From contig OZ250183.1 in NCBI GenBank assembly GCA_965238225.1, forward strand, positions 832,001-896,000: 64,000 nt of DNA. The letters are read 5' to 3'. Within the stretch, counting starts at the first letter, position 1. Each line of letters begins with the position of its first letter. Source of the DNA: Gammaproteobacteria bacterium. GTDB lineage: Bacteria > Pseudomonadota > Gammaproteobacteria > Eutrophobiales > Eutrophobiaceae. Shown here piece after piece: positions 33,438 through 44,030 of the stretch. The notes under the pieces are model-generated. The model did not search any database. It worked only from the letters and a program-made list of their open reading frames with translations, and was not told the origin of the DNA. Made by a program: the position numbers and the translations under genes.

Positions 33438-36400
33438 ATGAAATTTAGAATAATATTCATTCTGTTGACATTAGTGGTGCCGGGAGTTGCCAATGCTTTG
33501 AGTGTGGGCAAGCTTGAGCTTCAATCTGCATTAAACCAACCGCTTAAAGCAAGAATTAAATTACTTTCAGCCACTGCGGTCGAACTTGACAGTCTGAGTG
33601 TTTCTCTTGCTAACCAAGACGCATTTAACCGGACAAATATTAAGCGCACATTCCTACTTACTCGCCTGCGCTTTGAAATCCAAGAAACTGAGGAAGGATC
33701 TGACTACATTAAGATTCGCAGTAGCGAGTCAATTCAAGAACCATTCCTTAATTTTTTACTGGAGATAAATTGGTCTAAAGGCAGATTGTTTAGAGAGTAT
33801 ACCGTTTTACTTGACCCGCCTGTTTATGCTGAGCATGGCAGTAAGAAAAAAATTGCCATACAACACCCCACATCTACTCCAGACTACAAACCTTATGACC
33901 ATGAATCTTTGGGTTCATATGTTATAAGTGGGGAATATGGTCCCGCAGTTACTGGGGATACCCTGTGGTCAATTGCTACGGCAGCAAGGTCTGGCACATC
34001 ATTCAGCATCCAACAAATGATGCTTGCCATTTTACATGCTAACCCTGAGGCATTTATTGAAAATAATATCAATGGCCTTAAACGCGGTGCTATTCTCCAG
34101 ATACCAGATACAGCAGAAATCGATTTTTTGAATAAAAAAGATGTATTAGCGCAAGTAAACAGCCAGCATGCGTTGTGGGATGAATACAAAGGTAGAATCT
34201 CAACCCACATCAGTCAACAATCAGAAAATATTAGTGCCGATAGTCAGTATAGCGAAAAAGGTATGACTGAAGAGCTTGGGGGTGACAAATGGGAATCTGT
34301 CACAGATACTGAACGTGAAAACAGGGCAGAATTACGGCTCATTTCTGAGACTGATAAAGGATCTGGGGGTAACCAGATGACTAAAGCATTATCAGAGGCT
34401 AATACCGATGCCTTAAATACTGAATTGGTATTGGCAAATGAATCTACTGAAGCCCTGTTTCTGGAAAATGCAGAACTGAAGAACAAGCTGCTTGAAACCG
34501 ATGGTATTATCGATGACTTAAAACGTCTCATTGTACTTAAAGAAAATGAGCTGGCTGCTTTGCAAGAACAAATCATGGTTGCAGCAGCACAACAACAAGA
34601 AAGTGCAGAGACTGTAGTAGAGCTTGAAGCCGTTTCAATAGAACCCAAATCTTTTGCTGAAGAAGATGTTGTTGAGGAAATAATGGCATTAGAGGATTCA
34701 GGCGCAGAAGATGGACTGATGGGTAAGGTCATGGTTTTTGTCAATGAAGGAACTGGCACTTGGTTACCTAAGTTCGCAGATATGGCTATGGCTGTGTTTG
34801 AAAAAGCCAAGGCTCAATCGGTACTCGTAGCAAGTATTGTTGGCGGTTTATTACTGCTTTTTATTTCTCTAAAGATATTTCTCAAACGACGTAATGAATA
34901 CGTCGAAGGAATTACGTTTTCAGAGGATAAATTTCATGATTTTGATGACGAATCAGCCACGATCATTGCTGATCTTGAAGATGGGACAGCATCACCAGAA
35001 GATGAAACAGAATTACCAGAAGATGAGGATGAGACGGTATTGCCAGATATTGATGCATTTGATGTGTCCGAAGAGGCAGGTGCAGTGCCAGAAAAAAATA
35101 TTGCAAAAACACCAGGAGATGATCCTATGGAGGGGATTAATATATTTCTTGCCTATGAACATTTTGATGAAGCTGAAGCTTCCATAAGAAGTGCATTGGA
35201 AAATGATCCAGACAACATGGATTTCCATAACAAATTACTGGAAGTTTTTTATGTTGCTAGAAATAAAAAATCATATGAAGAGGCTGCCAGAGTCATTTAT
35301 AAGATAACAGACGGACAAGGCGAACATTGGGATATGGCAACAGTCATGTGGCAGGAAATGTCTCCAAACAGAGCCTTGTTTGAAACGCCTGTAGCAGGTG
35401 AGGATGAAGAGGTTCCAGCAGAGTCAGCAGGTGGCGGTGTCTTGAATATCACAAGTGATGATGATATGGACTCAGGCTCAGTAGATGCAGCACCTATCAA
35501 GGCAGAAGGGGGTAACGATTTAGATTTATCATTAGACAGTGATGCAGATATGAGTTTATCAGATGATGCAAGTAATGAATTACTAGAGGAAACTATGTCA
35601 CTGGATACCAACAATATACAGCCATCGCAGGAAACCGAAGAAGTGCTGGAGCTTCCACCAGAAGACAGCCAAGACTCTGGTTCTGATGAGTTTGTACTTG
35701 ATATTGGCAGTGATGATGTGAATGAATCTGCCCTAGAGATAGATCTAGAGATAGATGGTCTAGAGATAGATGGTCTAGAGATAGATGGTCTAGAGATAGA
35801 TGGTCTAGAGATAGATGACTTGGGAATGGATAATGTAGAACCTGAAATTGAATTGAATGATGACACCGCAGGCTTGGATGCTACCGTTAAAATCCCTCCT
35901 ATGGGTGAAGTAACACCTATCAAGGCAGAAGGGGGTAACGATTTAGATTTATCATTAGACAGTGATGCAGATATGAGTTTATCAGATGATGCAAGTAATG
36001 AATTACTAGAGGAAACTATGTCACTGGATACCAACAATATACAGCCATCGCAGGAAACCGAAGAAGTGCTGGAGCTTCCACCAGAAGACAGCCAAGACTC
36101 TGGTTCTGATGAGTTTGTACTTGATATTGGCAGTGATGATGTGAATGAATCTGCCGATCTAGAGATAGATGGTCTAGAGATAGATGGTCTAGAGATAGAT
36201 GACTTGGGAATGGATAATGTAGAACCTGAAATTGAATTGAATGATGACACCGCAGGCTTGGATGCTACCGTTAAAATCCCTCCTATGGGTGAAGTAACAC
36301 CTATCAAGGCAGAAGGGGGTAACGATTTAGATTTATCATTAGACAGTGATGCAGATATGAGTTTATCAGATGATGCAAGTAATGAATTACTAGAGGAAAC

Positions 36401-36929
36401 TATGTCACTGGATACCAACAATATACAGCCATCGCAGGAAACCGAAGAAGTGCTGGAGCTTCCACCAGAAGACAGCCAAGACTCTGGTTCTGATGAGTTT
36501 GTACTTGATATTGGCAGTGATGATGTGAATGAATCTGCCGATCTAGAGATAGATGGTCTAGAGATAGATGGTCTAGAGATAGATGGTCTAGAGATAGATG
36601 GTCTAGATGGTCTAGAGATAGATGACTTGGGAATGGATAATGTAGAACCTGAAATTGAATTGAATGATGACACCGCAGGCTTGGATGCTACCGTTAAAAT
36701 CCCTCCTATGGGTGAAGTAACACCTATCAAGGCAGAAGAAAATGAGGACTCAGAAACATCAGAGACGCCCATAACAGGCGAAGAAATGGACAGTCAGTTG
36801 GATCTTGCAAAAGCTTATATTGAATTAGGTGATAATGAGAATGCGAAAGCTATTCTTGACAAGATTATTGCTCAAGGTGATGATAATTACCGACAGCAAG
36901 CCGAAGAATTAATCGGACAAATAGACTAA
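33438..36929 (+). CDS. fimV: FimV/HubP polar landmark protein
   Basis: SALNQPL, REYTVLLDPP, LysM-like GDTLWSIA...NINGLKRG, coiled coil, TM helix, acidic region, C-terminal QLDLAKAYIELGD. Located between asd and truA. Confidence 0.93.
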   Translation: MKFRIIFILLTLVVPGVANALSVGKLELQSALNQPLKARIKLLSATAVELDSLSVSLANQDAFNRTNIKRTFLLTRLRFEIQETEEGSDYIKIRSSESIQEPFLNFLLEINWSKGRLFREYTVLLDPPVYAEHGSKKKIAIQHPTSTPDYKPYDHESLGSYVISGEYGPAVTGDTLWSIATAARSGTSFSIQQMMLAILHANPEAFIENNINGLKRGAILQIPDTAEIDFLNKKDVLAQVNSQHALWDEYKGRISTHISQQSENISADSQYSEKGMTEELGGDKWESVTDTERENRAELRLISETDKGSGGNQMTKALSEANTDALNTELVLANESTEALFLENAELKNKLLETDGIIDDLKRLIVLKENELAALQEQIMVAAAQQQESAETVVELEAVSIEPKSFAEEDVVEEIMALEDSGAEDGLMGKVMVFVNEGTGTWLPKFADMAMAVFEKAKAQSVLVASIVGGLLLLFISLKIFLKRRNEYVEGITFSEDKFHDFDDESATIIADLEDGTASPEDETELPEDEDETVLPDIDAFDVSEEAGAVPEKNIAKTPGDDPMEGINIFLAYEHFDEAEASIRSALENDPDNMDFHNKLLEVFYVARNKKSYEEAARVIYKITDGQGEHWDMATVMWQEMSPNRALFETPVAGEDEEVPAESAGGGVLNITSDDDMDSGSVDAAPIKAEGGNDLDLSLDSDADMSLSDDASNELLEETMSLDTNNIQPSQETEEVLELPPEDSQDSGSDEFVLDIGSDDVNESALEIDLEIDGLEIDGLEIDGLEIDGLEIDDLGMDNVEPEIELNDDTAGLDATVKIPPMGEVTPIKAEGGNDLDLSLDSDADMSLSDDASNELLEETMSLDTNNIQPSQETEEVLELPPEDSQDSGSDEFVLDIGSDDVNESADLEIDGLEIDGLEIDDLGMDNVEPEIELNDDTAGLDATVKIPPMGEVTPIKAEGGNDLDLSLDSDADMSLSDDASNELLEETMSLDTNNIQPSQETEEVLELPPEDSQDSGSDEFVLDIGSDDVNESADLEIDGLEIDGLEIDGLEIDGLDGLEIDDLGMDNVEPEIELNDDTAGLDATVKIPPMGEVTPIKAEENEDSETSETPITGEEMDSQLDLAKAYIELGDNENAKAILDKIIAQGDDNYRQQAEELIGQID
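35491..36738 (+). repeat. Three near-identical in-frame tandem units (423, 384, 423 bp) with a nested 15-bp VNTR
   Basis: Units start with CACCTATCAAGGCAGAAG at 35491, 35914 and 36298, with a partial copy at 36721. They differ mainly in copy number of CTAGAGATAGATGGT (LEIDG). Confidence 0.95.
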
Positions 36930-37036
36930 CTCTATCATTTTTTTTGGCAGAAACTATCTAGTCGCTAAATCAAGAATATTACAATGCGGTGTTCCTGTTT
37001 TTTGTTTCCTCGTTTTCTTTTCCTGTGCCATCATCT

Positions 37037-37816
37037 ATGAAAATAGCGCTTGGTATTGAATACCGTGGAACCTCGTACCATGGATGGCAGCGCCAGGATA
37101 TAGCAAACAGTATTCAAGAACATGTTGAGAACGCATTATCCAAAATCGCAGATCAAGGCGTGAATGTTTATTGTGCTGGCAGGACAGATACTGGCGTTCA
37201 TGCCTTACACCAAGTTGTGCATTTCGAGACAGGCATAGATCGTAAAATGTATTCATGGATTGCTGGTAGTAATGTAAACCTCCCCAATGACATCAGTATC
37301 CTCTGGGCTAAACAGGTAGATTATGATTTTCATGCTCGTTTCTCAGCTACAGCAAGAATATATAGATTTATTATTATGAACAGACAATCCAAGCCGGGTG
37401 TGAATCATGGCTTAGTGACATGGGAACAACGGACTTTGGATGAAAATAGGATGCAATTGGCTGCAAACTCTTTAATAGGGGAGCATGATTTCACTTCATT
37501 TAGAACTGTAGCTTGTCAGGCAAAGAGTCCTGTTCGCACTATAAAGAGATTAGATGTTACGAGAGTGGGTGATTATGTGATGTTTGAAATTGAAGCGAAT
37601 GCATTTTTACACCATATGGTAAGAAATATTGCTGGGGTATTGATTGAAATAGGCTGTGGTAATGCTGATATTTCTTGGATGGATGAGGTTTTGAAACTCA
37701 GAGACAGGACTAAATCAGCAAAGACTGCCGCTGAGGATGGTCTGTATCTAGCGATGATTCAATATCCAGAAAAATATGGAATTCCAATGCCAGCTAATTC
37801 ACAATGTGTCATTTAA
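37037..37816 (+). CDS. truA: tRNA pseudouridine(38-40) synthase
   Basis: GWQRQ, AGRTDTGVHA, FHARFSA, FLHHMVRNI. Confidence 0.97.
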   Translation: MKIALGIEYRGTSYHGWQRQDIANSIQEHVENALSKIADQGVNVYCAGRTDTGVHALHQVVHFETGIDRKMYSWIAGSNVNLPNDISILWAKQVDYDFHARFSATARIYRFIIMNRQSKPGVNHGLVTWEQRTLDENRMQLAANSLIGEHDFTSFRTVACQAKSPVRTIKRLDVTRVGDYVMFEIEANAFLHHMVRNIAGVLIEIGCGNADISWMDEVLKLRDRTKSAKTAAEDGLYLAMIQYPEKYGIPMPANSQCVI

Positions 37817-37904
37817 CCAGCATACAGCACAATGGAGACTACTTTAGATGATTGAAAATTTGACTTTAGGTTATCTTTAAATAAGCAATGTTCCATTGTC
37901 GCAC

Positions 37905-38546
37905 ATGTTTTTGAAAAATAAAATCAAACGTACTAGAGTGAAGGTGTGTGGTATTACTCGCACAGAAGATGCGCTAAGTGCTGCCGAGTTAGGTGCAGAT
38001 GCGATAGGTTTTGTATTCTATGAAAAAAGCCCGCGATACATAACCGTGAAAAAGGCTGCTGAGATTGCGAAATCATTACCTCCATTTGTGAACAAGGTCG
38101 CTTTGTTTGTGAATGCCTCAGATAAAGCAATCAAGTCAGTTTTAGATACTGTACCTGTAGATATATTGCAATTTCATGGACAGGAGAGCCAGAAGATATG
38201 TCAAAGCTATGGTTGGCCGTATATTAAGGCAATCAGGATGTGCGATGGTGTAGATCCCGTACAGTTAAGCCATGATTATGCTGATGCGAGTGCTTTTTTG
38301 CTTGATAGTTTTGTTGCAGGAACCCATGGCGGAACGGGGCAGAAATTTGATTGGTCTAAAGTGCCTTTAGACCTGAATAAGCCGATGATATTGGCTGGCG
38401 GACTATCGTTCGAAAACGTAGCCAAAGCCATAACCAAGGTTTCTCCTTACGCTGTGGATGTTAGTAGTGGCGTTGAAATTGAAGAAGGCGTTAAAGATGC
38501 TGCTAAGATAGAAGAATTTATACGAGAGGTCTTACATGCAAAGTAA
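37905..38546 (+). CDS. trpF: Phosphoribosylanthranilate isomerase
   Basis: [31 protein letters not shown]. Confidence 0.96.
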   Translation: MFLKNKIKRTRVKVCGITRTEDALSAAELGADAIGFVFYEKSPRYITVKKAAEIAKSLPPFVNKVALFVNASDKAIKSVLDTVPVDILQFHGQESQKICQSYGWPYIKAIRMCDGVDPVQLSHDYADASAFLLDSFVAGTHGGTGQKFDWSKVPLDLNKPMILAGGLSFENVAKAITKVSPYAVDVSSGVEIEEGVKDAAKIEEFIREVLHAK

Positions 38547-39735
38547 TTATTTACCCGATGAGCAAGGGCACTTTGGGCCATACGGTGGTAAATTTGTTGC
38601 CGAAACGCTGATGGGTCCCTTGCAGAAATTAGAAGAAGCCTATGCACGTTATCTCCAGGATCCAGAATTCTTAGCTGAACTTGACAGTGAGTTGCATCAC
38701 TACGTCGGCAGACCCTCGCCCCTATACCATGCCATGCGTTGGTCAAAAATTTTGGGTGGTGCCCAGATCTATTTGAAACGGGAAGACTTAAATCACACAG
38801 GCGCGCATAAAATAAACAACACAGTAGGACAGGCTTTGTTAGCGAAACGTATGGGTAAAACCAGAATTATCGCAGAAACTGGCGCAGGACAACACGGTGT
38901 TGCTTCGGCAACTGTTGCCGCCAGACTTGGTCTTGAATGTATTGTTTATATGGGTTCTACAGATGTTAAAAGACAATCAAGCAATGTCTTTCGTATGAAA
39001 TTATTGGATGCGAATGTGGTAGTGGTAGGGTCTGGCTCCAAGACTTTGAAAGATGCCCTAAACGAAGCGATGCGTGACTGGGTGACAAACATTGATGATA
39101 CGTTTTATATTATTGGAACTGTAGCTGGACCGCACCCATATCCTGTAATGGTGAGAGATTTTCAGGCTGTTATTGGGCGAGAGGCAAGACAGCAATGTAT
39201 AGAGCAGACTGGACGATTGCCCGATGCGCTGGTTGCATGTGTTGGCGGCGGTTCAAATGCTATCGGTTTATTTTATCCATTTATTGATGATAAAGATGTT
39301 GCAATCTATGGTGTAGAGGCTGGCGGTGATGGTCTTGATACAGGTCGCCATGCCGCCCCTTTAAATTCTGGTAGACCTGGTATTTTACATGGCAATAGAA
39401 CTTACCTGATGGAAGATGATAACGGTCAGATTATGGAAACTCATTCAATCTCCGCAGGTCTTGATTATCCAGGTGTTGGACCAGAGCATTCATGGTTAAA
39501 AGACAGTGGGCGTGCAAAGTACGTTGCCATTAATGATGATGAGGCTTTACAAGGTTTTCATGATTTAACGAAAATTGAAGGGATTATGCCGGCTTTAGAG
39601 TCTAGTCACGCGCTTGCTTATGCAGCGAAGTTGGCAACAAAAATGCGCAAAGATGAAATTATAATTGTGAATTTATCCGGCCGAGGCGACAAAGATATTC
39701 AAACAGTTGCTACACTAGAAGGCATCACGCTATAG
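38536..39735 (+). CDS. trpB: Tryptophan synthase beta chain
   Basis: [40 protein letters not shown]. Confidence 0.98.
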   Translation: MQSNYLPDEQGHFGPYGGKFVAETLMGPLQKLEEAYARYLQDPEFLAELDSELHHYVGRPSPLYHAMRWSKILGGAQIYLKREDLNHTGAHKINNTVGQALLAKRMGKTRIIAETGAGQHGVASATVAARLGLECIVYMGSTDVKRQSSNVFRMKLLDANVVVVGSGSKTLKDALNEAMRDWVTNIDDTFYIIGTVAGPHPYPVMVRDFQAVIGREARQQCIEQTGRLPDALVACVGGGSNAIGLFYPFIDDKDVAIYGVEAGGDGLDTGRHAAPLNSGRPGILHGNRTYLMEDDNGQIMETHSISAGLDYPGVGPEHSWLKDSGRAKYVAINDDEALQGFHDLTKIEGIMPALESSHALAYAAKLATKMRKDEIIIVNLSGRGDKDIQTVATLEGITL

Positions 39736-39822
39736 AAATGAGAATCAAAAAACCTTAGCTTTTAACCAAAATTTGGTCTTGCGCTAAAAATATAAATTAA
39801 GAAATATTTAGATTTATTTTGT

Positions 39823-40629
39823 ATGAGCCGTATAACAAACTATTTTAATGAACTAAAAGAAAAAAACCGTAACGGTTTGATTCCTTTTATTGTTGCTGGA
39901 GATCCGCAACCAAAATTTACACTGCCTTTGATGCATGCATTGGTTGATGGCGGGGCTGACATGATTGAACTAGGCGTGCCTTTTTCTGATCCAATGGCAG
40001 ATGGACTTGTTATTCAAAAAGGCAGTGAGAGAGCTCTGGCGCATGGGATATCGTTGCATGATGTGATCTCTATGGTGGTTAAATTTCGCAAAGAAAATGA
40101 GAAGACACCTGTTATTTTAATGGGCTATTTAAACCCTATTGAAGTGATGGGCTATGAAGTTTTTGCAAAAGCGGCAAAAGAAGCTGGAGTTGATGGCATA
40201 TTAATAGTAGATATGCCGCCTGAAGAAGCTCGAGAACTAAAAGAAATTACGGTGAAGTACGAGATGGATATGATTTTTCTGATTTCACCGACAACCAATG
40301 TCGAAAGGCAGAAATATATTTCAAATATAGCGAGCGGTTTCCTTTACTATGTTTCTCTTAAAGGTGTCACAGGAAGCAGTCGTTTGAATACAAAATCTGT
40401 AGAAATATCGGTTTCGACGATTAAACAACATTCCAATCTACCTATTGGCGTTGGATTTGGCATTAGAGATGCAGCAAGTGCTGCGAGTGTTGCTAAAGTG
40501 AGTGATGCAATCATTGTAGGTAGCTCCATCGTTGAGCTTGTAGGGAACCTAAATAGCGATTCTGCGGAATCGATAAAATCAATAAGCACCTATCTTTTGA
40601 CAATACGACATGCAATTGATGCCGTATAA
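39823..40629 (+). CDS. trpA: Tryptophan synthase alpha chain
   Basis: IELGVPFSDPMADG, LMGYLNP, YYVSLKGVTG, GFGI. Confidence 0.98.
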   Translation: MSRITNYFNELKEKNRNGLIPFIVAGDPQPKFTLPLMHALVDGGADMIELGVPFSDPMADGLVIQKGSERALAHGISLHDVISMVVKFRKENEKTPVILMGYLNPIEVMGYEVFAKAAKEAGVDGILIVDMPPEEARELKEITVKYEMDMIFLISPTTNVERQKYISNIASGFLYYVSLKGVTGSSRLNTKSVEISVSTIKQHSNLPIGVGFGIRDAASAASVAKVSDAIIVGSSIVELVGNLNSDSAESIKSISTYLLTIRHAIDAV

Positions 40630-40644
40630 TTAATATATAACTGT

Positions 40645-41502
40645 ATGAGTTGGTTTAAAAAATTACTTCCTTCAAGAGCAAAAACAGATGGTACGTCTAG
40701 GCGTACGGTTCCTGAGGGTGTTTGGTCTAAATGCGATGAATGTAGTGCTGTTTTATACCGAGCAGAGTTGAAACGAAACCTTGAAGTCTGTCCTGAATGT
40801 TTTCACCACATGCTTATTAGCGCTCGTGTACGAATTGAACATTTTTTAGATACAGAGCCACAAGTTGAAATAGGAAGTAATATTAAACCAGTCGACAAGC
40901 TTAAGTTTCGTGATAAGAAGAAATACAAAGATCGTTTAAGTCAGGCACAAAAACAGACAAAAGAAGAAGATGCCTTGGTTGTGATGATGGGGCAAGTAAA
41001 CGAAATACCACTTGTGGTTGCAGTATTTGAGTATAATTTTATGGCAGGCTCGATGGGCGCTGTTGTTGGAGAGAAATTTGTTTTGGCAACAGAAGCAGCA
41101 ATTGAAAATAATATCCCATTAGTTTGTTTTTCTGCCAGTGGTGGGGCGCGTATGCAAGAGGCGATATTATCGCTAATGCAAATGGCAAAGACGAGTTCTG
41201 CTGTAGCAAAATTGGTTGCCAAAGGATTGCCTTACATATCTGTACTAACTAACCCAACAATGGGGGGAGTTTCTGCCAGCTTGGCAACATTAGGTGATAT
41301 CAATATTGCTGAGCCCAATGCATTAATAGGATTTGCAGGGCCAAGAGTGATCGAACAGACTGTGCGAGAAACACTGCCGGAGGGCTTTCAGAAAAGTGAA
41401 TTTCTTCTTGAGCATGGCATGATAGATATGATCCTTGATAGGAGAGAAATGCGTGAAAAAATATCTTCTATACTGTCTATCCTCTGCAGCAAACAAGCTT
41501 AA
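40645..41502 (+). CDS. accD: Acetyl-CoA carboxylase carboxyltransferase beta subunit
   Basis: VPEGVWSKC zinc finger, [25 protein letters not shown]. Confidence 0.97.
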   Translation: MSWFKKLLPSRAKTDGTSRRTVPEGVWSKCDECSAVLYRAELKRNLEVCPECFHHMLISARVRIEHFLDTEPQVEIGSNIKPVDKLKFRDKKKYKDRLSQAQKQTKEEDALVVMMGQVNEIPLVVAVFEYNFMAGSMGAVVGEKFVLATEAAIENNIPLVCFSASGGARMQEAILSLMQMAKTSSAVAKLVAKGLPYISVLTNPTMGGVSASLATLGDINIAEPNALIGFAGPRVIEQTVRETLPEGFQKSEFLLEHGMIDMILDRREMREKISSILSILCSKQA

Positions 41503-41574
41503 ATTAACCCTAAAATCTCACTCATGAACGCAGAACTTATGTCTCACAGTCTATATGTAAGATCAAAGATAGGT

Positions 41575-42840
41575 ATGAGATTTGATAGTCTCCACGAATG
41601 GTTGGCATGGCAGGAAGATTTGCATTTTACAGCAATAGAGTTGGGTCTGAACCGGTGCGCTACTGTCGCTCGGAACATGGGGTTGCTGCATCCAGATTTT
41701 ACAGTAATTAGTGTCGCTGGAACCAACGGCAAAGGCTCAAGTGTTACCATGATGGATTCGATCTTGAGTAATTCTGGCTATAAAACCGGATGCTATACCT
41801 CGCCGCACTTTATACGTTATAACGAGCGAATAAAGCTTGACGGTGTTGAGGTTAGCGATGAATTACTATGCGAATCATTTGATAGAATTGATTATGCGCG
41901 TGGTGATATTTCTTTAACCTATTTTGAATTTGGCACCCTTGCTGCATTAGACATATTTCATCGCGCAAACATTGATGTTGCCTTGCTTGAAGTGGGTATG
42001 GGGGGTCGGCTTGATGCGGTTAACTGTGTAGATGCAGATGCTGCTTTGATTTCCAGTATTGATCTTGATCATACGCAGTGGCTGGGGATGGATCGAGAGA
42101 CCATTGCTTATGAAAAAATCGGTATTTTTCGCAGTGATAAGCCTGCTGTTTGTTCTGATCCTCATCCGCCAGAGACCGTACTGCAATATGCTAGAGAGAT
42201 AGGCGCAACATTGTATATTCTTGGTCAGGATTTCAATTACAGTTTATCTGATGATTGTTGGTTGTGGCGATGGGATTCTGTGATTTATAAACATCTAGCT
42301 CACCCCAGCCAGCACAACAGTTGCCAGATTCAAAATGCCGCTGGCGTGTTGATGGTTTTACATGCATTAAAATCAAAATTACCGATAAAAGCAGGCGCCA
42401 TAGAGAAGGCACTGGAGAATTTCAGTTTTACTGGCAGGTTTCAGGTGCTGACCCAATGGACACAGATAATTCTTGATGTGGCACATAATGCTCAGGCAGC
42501 CAGAACTTTGGTTCATAATCTGGAGCAATTTCCCAAAAGCGGCAAAACGTATATTATTATAGGAATGTTGAAGGATAAGGATCATGTGAGTGTTTTAAAT
42601 GAGTTTGCAGGAATAGTTGATTATTGGCATACGGTCAGTATCTTAAATTCACGTGGAAGTGACAGCAAAATACTAAAGAATGAACTGCTGAAGCTGGGAG
42701 TGACCGCTCCAATCTCGGAACATGGTACTGTGGCTGATGCTTTTTGTAAATTGAAGAATGAAACCGGAGAGCATGACCGTATCGTGGTGACAGGTTCTTT
42801 TTTGTCTGTTGGTGATGCGTTAAAATACCTCAAAATTTGA
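41575..42840 (+). CDS. folC: Folylpolyglutamate/dihydrofolate synthase
   Basis: VAGTNGKGS, YTSPH, EVGMGGRLDA, DVAHN. Confidence 0.96.
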   Translation: MRFDSLHEWLAWQEDLHFTAIELGLNRCATVARNMGLLHPDFTVISVAGTNGKGSSVTMMDSILSNSGYKTGCYTSPHFIRYNERIKLDGVEVSDELLCESFDRIDYARGDISLTYFEFGTLAALDIFHRANIDVALLEVGMGGRLDAVNCVDADAALISSIDLDHTQWLGMDRETIAYEKIGIFRSDKPAVCSDPHPPETVLQYAREIGATLYILGQDFNYSLSDDCWLWRWDSVIYKHLAHPSQHNSCQIQNAAGVLMVLHALKSKLPIKAGAIEKALENFSFTGRFQVLTQWTQIILDVAHNAQAARTLVHNLEQFPKSGKTYIIIGMLKDKDHVSVLNEFAGIVDYWHTVSILNSRGSDSKILKNELLKLGVTAPISEHGTVADAFCKLKNETGEHDRIVVTGSFLSVGDALKYLKI

Positions 42841-42863
42841 ACAATGGCAGCTGGTTAAAAACT

Positions 42864-43412
42864 ATGGAGCAGGACTTAAAAGAACGATTAGCGGGTGCGG
42901 CAATATTGGTAGCGGTTGCTGTTATATTTATACCCATAATATTTAGCAACCCTGCCAAGGTAGAAGTGCTTGAAGATTTGAGTTTTCCTGAAACACCAAA
43001 AACAGAATTTAACTCAAAGATTATTCGTGTGGTTGAGAATGATGATAATGCCCCGATCATTGAAAACATGGCGACTGTTGAGAAACTTATACCGACTAAC
43101 AAAAATAATTCCAGTCAAAAACTGACAGAACAAAAGAAAACAATAACAGAATCCAAGGACAAAACTACATCAGCTCTATCTGCATGGAGCATTCAATTGG
43201 GCAGCTTCGCCAATGAAGGTAACGCTCAATCCATGAATAAAAAATTACAGCAGGTGGGTTATAAATCATTCGTAAAATCGCTTAAAAAAGACGGCAGGAT
43301 CAGTTACCAGGTAAAAGTCGGCGTACAGCTAAAACGATCAGAAGCAGATGCCTTATTAAAAAACTTGAAAGAAAAAATGCAGCTTGACGGAATTGTCGTG
43401 AGTTATCCCTAG
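42864..43412 (+). CDS. dedD: SPOR-domain cell division protein DedD
   Basis: LKERLAGAAILVAVAVIFIP TM segment, WSIQLGSF SPOR domain, position after folC. Confidence 0.85.
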   Translation: MEQDLKERLAGAAILVAVAVIFIPIIFSNPAKVEVLEDLSFPETPKTEFNSKIIRVVENDDNAPIIENMATVEKLIPTNKNNSSQKLTEQKKTITESKDKTTSALSAWSIQLGSFANEGNAQSMNKKLQQVGYKSFVKSLKKDGRISYQVKVGVQLKRSEADALLKNLKEKMQLDGIVVSYP

Positions 43413-43454
43413 TAATGAAGTTATCTGAAATATATATAAGAGAGGTAGACATTA

Positions 43455-43943
43455 ATGCAAGCTGTTGATATTGCTATTCTCGTTATTATTTCTTTGCCAG
43501 CTATTGTCGGCGCGATAATCGGGCTTTTTAGTATTGTACTCTCATTGCTGGCATGGGTATCGGCGTTGGGTATTGCAATTATATTCTATCCCGACGCTGC
43601 ACCATTACTTGAATCATTAATAAATGAATCTATTTTAAGAAAAACGTTGGCTTTTATTGGTCTTTTTGCGAGCAGCCTGACGCTACTTACTGGCATCGGT
43701 TTTCTTATGGGAAAATTATTAGGTAGCACAGGTTTAACGGCAGTAAGCAGGATGTTTGGTTTGATTTTTGGTATTATTATGGGATGCATTATTGTGGAAA
43801 CCATTATTTTCTTCGGGGGTTTTACAGAGTTACCACAAAAGCCTTTATGGAGTGATTCCAAAATTATTCAACCTTTTGAGAAGGTAGCTGATCAGTTAGG
43901 GCAATATTTACCAGAAGATATTTCTCACTATCATAAATACTAA
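43455..43943 (+). CDS. cvpA: CvpA family membrane protein
   Basis: Hydrophobic protein with VDIAIL start, located between dedD and purF. Confidence 0.85.
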   Translation: MQAVDIAILVIISLPAIVGAIIGLFSIVLSLLAWVSALGIAIIFYPDAAPLLESLINESILRKTLAFIGLFASSLTLLTGIGFLMGKLLGSTGLTAVSRMFGLIFGIIMGCIIVETIIFFGGFTELPQKPLWSDSKIIQPFEKVADQLGQYLPEDISHYHKY

Positions 43944-44030
43944 GTAACAGTGAATGACATTACCGAAGGTACATCTAAAATCAGCTCAATAGACTAGATC
44001 ATTAGCTCTTACTGGGTAGGGACAGAACAT

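Noticed and set aside
35491-36738. CRISPR-like array
   Set aside because: The repeats are contiguous and in frame, without unique spacers, and there are no cas genes.
35297-36772. 491-aa Ser-rich antisense ORF
   Set aside because: Shadow of the acidic repeated fimV region.
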